A DNA stretch of 62,768 bases, the filler included. It is 6 parts of 6 records of this genome, joined end to end, with 100 filler letters (N's around TTAATTAATTAA, not from the genome) between each part and the next. Parts side by side here need not be neighbours in the genome. Positions count along the whole stretch, not along the records: positions 54,891 to 59,022 come from SRR20825010_4201; positions 59,123 to 62,768 come from SRR20825010_4203; 4 more parts are not named here. One strand, written 5' to 3'. Below are positions 56,753 to 62,768 of this stretch, in pieces. Under the pieces are notes generated by a model. That model was not told the DNA's origin. It did no database searches and was given only the letters and a program-made list of their open reading frames with translations. Both the position numbers and the translations under genes were made by a program. How positions within the stretch are numbered: the first letter of the stretch is position 1; every line of letters begins with the position of its first letter.

Positions 56753-57520
56753 TCAAGGTTTTGGCTGCGTATTTAGGTTTTTCTGAGCCAATTCATCAGT
56801 AAGAAAAGGTAAGCTTATATTGAAAGATAAATAGTGATTCCTATTTGTTCCTTCAATAAAAGAATCTTTAAAAACATCTGTAAAACCTTGGTTGTAACGT
56901 AAACTTACATACAAACCTTTCCCGTTTCTCTTATATTGTAAATAGTAACTCAAATTAGCTATTAATCCGTAATCAATATTATTTACTCGGATTCCTACGG
57001 CTCGTTCAAATTCTCCAATTTCAGAGCTAAATGTAGCATCTACATTTTGTTTAAACGATACTTGAGGGGCTAAACCAATTCTAAATTTAGAATTAGGGAT
57101 TTTGTAATTTATAAAAATAGGAATTTGAATATAGTTGAGCTCTATAGTTGTTGGAACATTATTGTATAGTTCATTTAAATGGGCATCTGGACTTTCTAAA
57201 GAAAAATTCTTAATATCAAAACTCCTTTTAGCCAAAAAATAGGCGGTTGGACTCACCGACCAAGAATCGTTAATTTTAATATTTCCTGCAATCCCAAAAT
57301 TGAATCCTAAATTAGGCTTATTCCCTTCTATATTGCTATAGTTTGTTAATGGAACACCTATTTCCATACTTAAATTAAATTTTTCTGAAGCTACTTTATC
57401 TCCAAATATAGCTGCTATAATAGCCGCTTGAGAATAAGTTATCAGAGGAAAAAGCATTAAAAAACTAAAAACAATAGTTGTTAAAAATATCGATTGAGAA
57501 TTTTTAATATTTTCTTTCAT
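56753..57520 (-). CDS. Outer-membrane beta-barrel protein (PorT/OMP_b-brl_2-like)
   Basis: Signal peptide, GFNFG, LNYIQIP and LRYNQGFTDV motifs. Confidence 0.78.
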   Translation of the reverse strand: MKENIKNSQSIFLTTIVFSFLMLFPLITYSQAAIIAAIFGDKVASEKFNLSMEIGVPLTNYSNIEGNKPNLGFNFGIAGNIKINDSWSVSPTAYFLAKRSFDIKNFSLESPDAHLNELYNNVPTTIELNYIQIPIFINYKIPNSKFRIGLAPQVSFKQNVDATFSSEIGEFERAVGIRVNNIDYGLIANLSYYLQYKRNGKGLYVSLRYNQGFTDVFKDSFIEGTNRNHYLSFNISLPFLTDELAQKNLNTQPKP

Positions 57521-57545
57521 ACGAACTTTTTTAGAATGATAAATC

Positions 57546-57666
57546 AACTACTTCGGGGGAGTCCACAAGGGATGTTAATCAAATAAATATAACTCATTTT
57601 GACGCAGACCCCTTGAACAAATATGGTATAAGCTTTTTGAGGATCAAACCTCTATGAGAAATTAAA
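57546..57666 (+). repeat. Dispersed repeat, copy 2 (degenerate, with ~20-nt insertion)
   Basis: AACTACTTCGGGG...AAATAAA..AACTCATTTTGACGCAGA...AAACCTCTATGAGAAATTAAA, collinear with copy 1. Confidence 0.6.
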
Positions 57667-57685
57667 GATACTAATATTCAGATTA

Positions 57686-58966
57686 CTAAAACAGCTTTTC
57701 CATTTTCGCTTTAATTTCATCTAGGCATAAATTCCCTAAACTGCCTTTGTGACTATGAGAAATATCTCTTTTTGGAGTGAATTCCCCTCGCTGTATTTCT
57801 TCTCCCATTTGCTTATAAGCATCTCTAAATGGCATCCCATTTAACACCAAATCATTTAAAGTGTCTACACTAAAAAGGTAATCGTACTTTTTATCATCTA
57901 AAATATTTTCTTTTACAATGATGTTTTTGATAGAAAATGTAAGCATTTCTAAACACGATTTTAATTCTTGAATGGCAGGAACTATAATCTCCTTAGTTAG
58001 CTGTAAATCTCTATGGTAACCACTTGGTAAATTGGTAGTAAGCATAGCTAGTTGGTTAGGAACTGCTTGTATTTTGTTACATTTTCCTCGAATAAGCTCA
58101 AAAACATCTGGGTTTTTTTTATGCGGCATAATGCTTGAACCTGTAGTTAGCTCATCTGGAAAGGTTATGAAATCGAAATTCTGACTCATATACAAACAAA
58201 TATCCATAGACATTTTAGAAAGTGTGGCAGCTATGCTACTCAATCCAAAGGCAGTACTTTTTTCAGATTTCCCACGACTCATTTGCGCAGCTACAACATT
58301 ATATTTTAGTGTTTCAAAAGCTAATTCTTTGGTAGTGAAATCCCGATCAATAGGGAAGGAGCTCCCATAGCCAGCAGCACTTCCAAGTGGGTTTTGATCT
58401 ACAATTTTATGTGCGGCATCAATAAAATATAAATCGTCTATCAAGCTTTCCGCATAGGCAGAAAACCATAATCCAAAGGAAGAAGGCATGGCAATTTGTA
58501 GGTGTGTGTACCCTGGTAATAAGGTTTTTTTATGTGTCTCTGCCAGATCCATTAAAACATCAAAGAGCTCTTTAGTATTATTCTTTATTTGTTCTAATTC
58601 GGCTTTTAAATATAAATTAACTGCCACTAAAACTTGATCGTTTCTAGAACGTGCTGTATGAATTCGTTTTCCTGTATCTCCTAATTTTTCAGTTAAAAGG
58701 AACTCTATTTTTGAATGTGCATCTTCAAAATTATCGTCGATTGAAAAAGTACCATTTTTAACGGTTTCTCCTATGTTTTCTAACTCTTTTACTAAGTTAA
58801 TAGCTTCTTTTTCAGTAATTAAACCAATTTTATGCAGCATTTTTGCATGTGCTATAGATGCTAACACATCATACTTGGCAATAACTAAGTCGAGTTCTCT
58901 GTCTGAACCAACTGTGAAAATATCTATTTTTTTATCTGTAGAAAAACCTTTGTCCCAAAGTTTCAT
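57686..58966 (-). CDS. argH: Argininosuccinate lyase
   Basis: MKLWDKG, IHTARSRNDQ, PGYTHLQ, NPLGSAAGYG and TGSSIMPHKKNPD motifs. Confidence 0.97.
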   Translation of the reverse strand: MKLWDKGFSTDKKIDIFTVGSDRELDLVIAKYDVLASIAHAKMLHKIGLITEKEAINLVKELENIGETVKNGTFSIDDNFEDAHSKIEFLLTEKLGDTGKRIHTARSRNDQVLVAVNLYLKAELEQIKNNTKELFDVLMDLAETHKKTLLPGYTHLQIAMPSSFGLWFSAYAESLIDDLYFIDAAHKIVDQNPLGSAAGYGSSFPIDRDFTTKELAFETLKYNVVAAQMSRGKSEKSTAFGLSSIAATLSKMSMDICLYMSQNFDFITFPDELTTGSSIMPHKKNPDVFELIRGKCNKIQAVPNQLAMLTTNLPSGYHRDLQLTKEIIVPAIQELKSCLEMLTFSIKNIIVKENILDDKKYDYLFSVDTLNDLVLNGMPFRDAYKQMGEEIQRGEFTPKRDISHSHKGSLGNLCLDEIKAKMEKLF

Positions 58967-58993
58967 GGTCTATATTTTATTGTTTTTATTTCT

Positions 58994-59022
58994 TTTAAAT
59001 CCCTCATTGAGGGTTTTATTCC
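58994..59022 (-). repeat. Dispersed repeat, copy 3 (3' end only, inverted, truncated by the contig end)
   Basis: Reverse complement GGAATAAAACCCTCAATGAGGGATTTAAA matches the end of copy 1. Confidence 0.65.
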
Positions 59023-59122
59023 NNNNNNNNNNNNNNNNNNNNNNNNNNNNNNNNNNNNNNNNNNNNTTAATTAATTAANNNNNNNNNNNNNNNNNNNNNN
59101 NNNNNNNNNNNNNNNNNNNNNN
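59023..59122. other. Artificial contig linker
   Basis: 44 N + TTAATTAATTAA + 44 N. Confidence 0.97.
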
Positions 59123-59159
59123 GGAAAGGGAGTGCGTCGCAAAGCGGCGCGTACGTGTA

Positions 59160-60827
59160 TTGTCAATTGCTCCGGACGTCGTCGCCACAGCAGCACTGGC
59201 GCGTGACGGCATTATATTTATCGGTTCGTCCGATCTTAAAATCGTTCATGCCAACCCGGTTGCGGTTAATCTTTTTAACGCATCGAAATCGGCTTTGCGT
59301 GACGGCAGCGAAATCAAACAGTTTCTTGCATTTCTGGCGAAAAATGCTGAATTCGCCTCGGGTGATGGTGTTGGAGCCGTGCGCGAGACGCTTGGCCTGA
59401 TTTCCGGTAAAACAGCCAAGGCGGACTTGCCCGCGTTTCAGACGGGCGGTAAAAAAGTCACTTGGCGCAAGGCCGAAGGTCCCGAAGGTCTGACTGCGCT
59501 GGTCTTTCGCGAAGCGGGCAAGGCCGAGGAGCTTGCCAAGGCTTTGTCCGATCACAAGATTTTCATCCAGCATTTAATCGATGTTCTGCCGATCCCGGTT
59601 TACCTTAAAAATCTGGATGGTGTGATTAACCGTTGCAATGACGCGTTTGCAGAGTTGATCGGCCATGAACCCAAAAAGGTGATCGGTAGCAAACTTGCCG
59701 ATGTCGCCTCTAAGCCATTGGTTGCGCAGATTACCGATTACGAAGCACCACTACTGATATCCGAAGGGCATGTGCGGCACGAAATCGATTTCGAAATGGG
59801 TGGTGTTGAAAAATCAGCATTGTTTGCTGTTGCAAGTTTGAAAGGTCCAAGTGGTTCGATTGCCGGGACCATCGGTTCGCTGATTGATGTCACATCGTTG
59901 AAACGTGCGCAGGCCGAAGTTGCTGCGGCTGCGCAACGTTTGACGGGATTGCTTGAAAAAGCCCCTATTGGTGTAGGCATATCCAGCCGGGATGGTGGTG
60001 AATTCCGGTTCTTCAACAAAATGTTCGGCAATCTTCTGGCACTGAACAGTGACGAGACGATGCCAACCGATACGGTCCTTCTTTCGGAACGTTACCGCGA
60101 AAAAAGCCTTCAGGATATGGATATGCTCGGCGAATTGCAGGATGTCGAGCTTCGTATTCGTCGCCCGGCGGATTCCGACGCAAGATGGCTTAAAACATCC
60201 ATGGAGCCGCTCACATTCGAAGGACAGGAATCCGTTCTTTGGTGGCTAAGCGACATCACCAAGCAGAAACTCGCCGCGCGTGAATTACAGAACAAGGCGA
60301 ATAACGACGAACTGACAGGTCTGGCCAACCGTGCGCGCTATATGCAGAAACTTTCGCAGTGCGAGACGGTTCTGCGAGGTACAAATACTGCGGCGTCGAT
60401 CTTTCTGCTTGATCTGGACGGCTTTAAGGCGGTCAACGATACTTTGGGGCATGCGGCGGGTGACTGGGTTCTTGTCGAGACAGCGAAGCGTCTTAAACGG
60501 GTTGCACGTCGCGCCGAAGAAGTAGCCCGCTTGGGCGGGGACGAGTTCACCCTGTTCTTTATTAACAAGGGTGATGAAAATGAAATGGCCACTCTGGCTG
60601 ATGAGATCATTACCGAGATTTCCAAGCCCTATGTATGGGAAGGAAATGCGTGCGATATCGGTGCATCCATCGGTTTTACCGTTTTTGATGCCGGTTATTG
60701 CGACATGAGCGAACAATTGCGCCGTGCGGACAAGGCCATGTACGAGGCCAAAGCCGCGGGCAAGGGACAGGCATGTTTTTATCGACCGGAACTTGAACCT
60801 GACCTGCATAGGGATGAGACCACCTGA
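59160..60827 (+). CDS. PAS-domain diguanylate cyclase (start may lie further 5'; frame open to the contig edge)
   Basis: PAS segments (IDVLPIPVYLKN..CNDAF, DVT, DIT), DELTGLANR, DLDGFK.VND.LGH..GD, RLGGDEF and ADKAMY.AK motifs. Confidence 0.92.
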   Translation: MSIAPDVVATAALARDGIIFIGSSDLKIVHANPVAVNLFNASKSALRDGSEIKQFLAFLAKNAEFASGDGVGAVRETLGLISGKTAKADLPAFQTGGKKVTWRKAEGPEGLTALVFREAGKAEELAKALSDHKIFIQHLIDVLPIPVYLKNLDGVINRCNDAFAELIGHEPKKVIGSKLADVASKPLVAQITDYEAPLLISEGHVRHEIDFEMGGVEKSALFAVASLKGPSGSIAGTIGSLIDVTSLKRAQAEVAAAAQRLTGLLEKAPIGVGISSRDGGEFRFFNKMFGNLLALNSDETMPTDTVLLSERYREKSLQDMDMLGELQDVELRIRRPADSDARWLKTSMEPLTFEGQESVLWWLSDITKQKLAARELQNKANNDELTGLANRARYMQKLSQCETVLRGTNTAASIFLLDLDGFKAVNDTLGHAAGDWVLVETAKRLKRVARRAEEVARLGGDEFTLFFINKGDENEMATLADEIITEISKPYVWEGNACDIGASIGFTVFDAGYCDMSEQLRRADKAMYEAKAAGKGQACFYRPELEPDLHRDETT

Positions 60828-60873
60828 CACGGATGTAGGTGATGAGCTTCTGTTTGGGGTGGGGTGACTTTAT

Positions 60874-62661
60874 TCATCCCACCACTTTCCTTTTTTGCCC
60901 GGTCGCCGGATCAATGCCCAGCGTATCCATCAGCGGACCAAGATATCGGGCGTAGGGGTGCCAAGCACCGATGCTGCTGAGATAGATCGGTTGCCTGACC
61001 TGCAAGGTGCTGTGTGTACGAACTTGGCGTCTGTTTTCATAGAATGTCAGGCAGGCTTCATCCCACGGTAATCCCGTGAAAGAGATAAGGCGGCGGGCTT
61101 GTCCTTCAAGGTTATTGACGATGTCTTCGTAATCGACCTCGATAAAGCGATGAGCAGGTAAAATGTTTCGCCAGTGGTCCATGAATTTCAGGTAGTTGTT
61201 GTAAAATGCGCCGAGTTCCATTTGGTCGTAGCTGAAATTCTGGGCACTTCCGAAGCGTCGACTGTAACAGGAAAAACAGGTGTCCATCGCATCACGGCGG
61301 CAATGGATAATCCGGGTGTCCGGATGCATCAGCGCAATCAGACCCGCCCGAGTGAAATTGGCAGGCATCTTGTCGATAATGCGTTTGACGGGCATGCTTT
61401 TCATGCTGCCAGAATCAGCTTTGACCCTTGCCCGCGCTTCTTTGCAATAGATGGTGCCGAGTGTCTGAATAAACGCGTCGCTGAATTTAAGAACCTCGTC
61501 ACGAGGCTGACCTTGTTTAACCTGATGCTCGATCAGGGCATCCTGATGATAACCAAGTGTGTCAAGTTCACCTGCTTCGTACATTTCCGGGTGAGATGCC
61601 AGAATTTGTTCGACCAGTGTCGTTCCGGATCGCGGCATGCCGACGATGAAAACATGTTGTGGCTGATCACCCTTTTCATCCGGGGTTTGCAGATCGGAAA
61701 ATCGTTCTGCCGGAAAGGCCGCCTTAGTAATGCCAAGGACGTTTTCGATGGTTTGCGGGGAATATTGAATGTTGCGACGCTTGATGCGGTTGCCGTCATT
61801 CAATGCTTTCATTGCGGCATCAATTTCGCCGTGTTCCATATGATTTTTGGCCAGACCAAACAGCAATAGTTCCTTTTGACCGTCGGGAATGCTTTCAAAG
61901 GATCGTGATCTGGTCTTGTTGATCATTACCTGCCGGGACGGATGGTCTGCCGAAACCTTATCGATCAGGGTCAGGCAATGCCATGCGCGGATATGGCCGG
62001 AATGCCGTGCAAGGACATCTTTGAATATCGCGCGGGCCGTATCGATCTGTCCCAGTTCTTTAAGGCATTCGCCTTCGCTAATGAGGGTGTCGATATAACC
62101 GTCCATATGACCGGATTCCCGGGCATATTTCCCCGCGGTGCGGAAATGACCGATAGCGGCATCAAGATCATCATGGGCGAGGCTGACCGCCCCCATTGCA
62201 TTCCATGCAAGCCATTCGGACGGTGCAAGTGCAATCGCACGTTTCAGAAATGGCACTGCCTGTCGTGCCTCGTTATTCCCGGTCAGGAAAATGCCCATTT
62301 GCAGCAACAGCTTCGGATCAAGCGGTTTGCGTTTTAGAGCCTGGGTCAGAACGGTTTTTGCCTGTGCCGGATAGCCAGATGCGCTTAGAATGGCGGATAG
62401 ATCGGTAAAGTAAACCGTTTGTGGATCAAAACTGTTGCATGCCCTTTCAAGATCACGAATCGCATCAAGGGCATTGCCATCCTGATGATGCATCAGGGCA
62501 CTGATATGCAGGGCGTCGGGCAGGTCAGGCTTCTCTTTCAGCAAACGATAACACAGTTTGCGGGCCTTCCGGCGATGTCCATTGGTCCACTGGTTTCGGA
62601 TTTCGGCGATGGCCTTGATCGTTGTTTTCGTTTGGTGACGTTCTGCTATCTGATTTGACAT
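60874..62661 (-). CDS. TPR-containing sulfotransferase family protein
   Basis: N-terminal TPRs; PAPS-binding FIVGMPRSGTTLVEQILASH, DKMPAN, RDAMDTCFS and QVRQPIY..S motifs. Confidence 0.92.
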   Translation of the reverse strand: MSNQIAERHQTKTTIKAIAEIRNQWTNGHRRKARKLCYRLLKEKPDLPDALHISALMHHQDGNALDAIRDLERACNSFDPQTVYFTDLSAILSASGYPAQAKTVLTQALKRKPLDPKLLLQMGIFLTGNNEARQAVPFLKRAIALAPSEWLAWNAMGAVSLAHDDLDAAIGHFRTAGKYARESGHMDGYIDTLISEGECLKELGQIDTARAIFKDVLARHSGHIRAWHCLTLIDKVSADHPSRQVMINKTRSRSFESIPDGQKELLLFGLAKNHMEHGEIDAAMKALNDGNRIKRRNIQYSPQTIENVLGITKAAFPAERFSDLQTPDEKGDQPQHVFIVGMPRSGTTLVEQILASHPEMYEAGELDTLGYHQDALIEHQVKQGQPRDEVLKFSDAFIQTLGTIYCKEARARVKADSGSMKSMPVKRIIDKMPANFTRAGLIALMHPDTRIIHCRRDAMDTCFSCYSRRFGSAQNFSYDQMELGAFYNNYLKFMDHWRNILPAHRFIEVDYEDIVNNLEGQARRLISFTGLPWDEACLTFYENRRQVRTHSTLQVRQPIYLSSIGAWHPYARYLGPLMDTLGIDPATGQKRKVVG

Positions 62662-62735
62662 CAGTTCTTCCGGGCTTTTGGGCTGGTGCTGTATGTAAAC
62701 ACGCTTGCTGGCAGAAAAACTGGCGGCCGGGATAA

Positions 62736-62767
62736 AAGAAAAACGCCCGGCACATGGCCGGGCGTTT
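62736..62767 (-). terminator. Intrinsic terminator of an upstream minus-strand gene outside the window
   Basis: AAACGCCCGGC-ACATG-GCCGGGCGTTT stem preceded by an A-rich tract (T-tract on the minus strand). Confidence 0.7.
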
Positions 62768-62768
62768 C

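Overview
The window is not one locus. It is six unrelated contigs joined by identical 100-nt artificial linkers (44 N + TTAATTAATTAA + 44 N). Taxonomic labels below are inferred from composition and protein similarity recalled from memory, not from database searches. (1) 1-25838, a Flavobacteriaceae (Muricauda-like) housekeeping region bounded by two tRNA fragments: mce, rbfA, a LolC/E-type permease, dusB, an OM beta-barrel, lepA, SLC13 and CPA1 transporters, an MBL hydrolase, S8/M1/S41 peptidases, rnpA, an orphan Sau3AI-like C5 methylase, elaA, a CDF transporter, rpiB, a probable oriC, rnr, DUF2807 and LysE. (2) 25939-42603, a Rhodopirellula-like planctomycete: NRAMP-related transporter, RDD, kdsD-kdsC followed by a 1132-aa protein that reads as an LptC domain fused to several LptA-like repeats, a BON protein, comM/yifB, a long low-complexity membrane protein, an HTH protein, and REP-type repeats at both ends. 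(3) 42704-45871, a GC-rich alphaproteobacterium: TRAP DctP, TauD dioxygenase, TPR fragment. (4) 45972-54790, a Cytophagales (Roseivirga-like) contig: T9SS cargo C-terminus, trpS, DUF1573, tandem ppk2, beta-propeller lipoprotein, FAD oxidoreductase. (5) 54891-59022, an AT-rich Flavobacteriaceae contig: aldose epimerase, FMN reductase, OM beta-barrel, argH and three copies of a degenerate ~100-nt repeat. (6) 59123-62768, a Thalassospira-like contig: PAS-GGDEF and TPR-sulfotransferase. The best novelty candidate is the single-chain LptC-(LptA)n LPS bridge. Next are the oriC with a nearby orphan GATC-type m5C methylase, a REP-like palindrome read in frame inside rnpA, and the contig-5 repeat family. 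I saw no CRISPR array, prophage, transposase or complete defence system.
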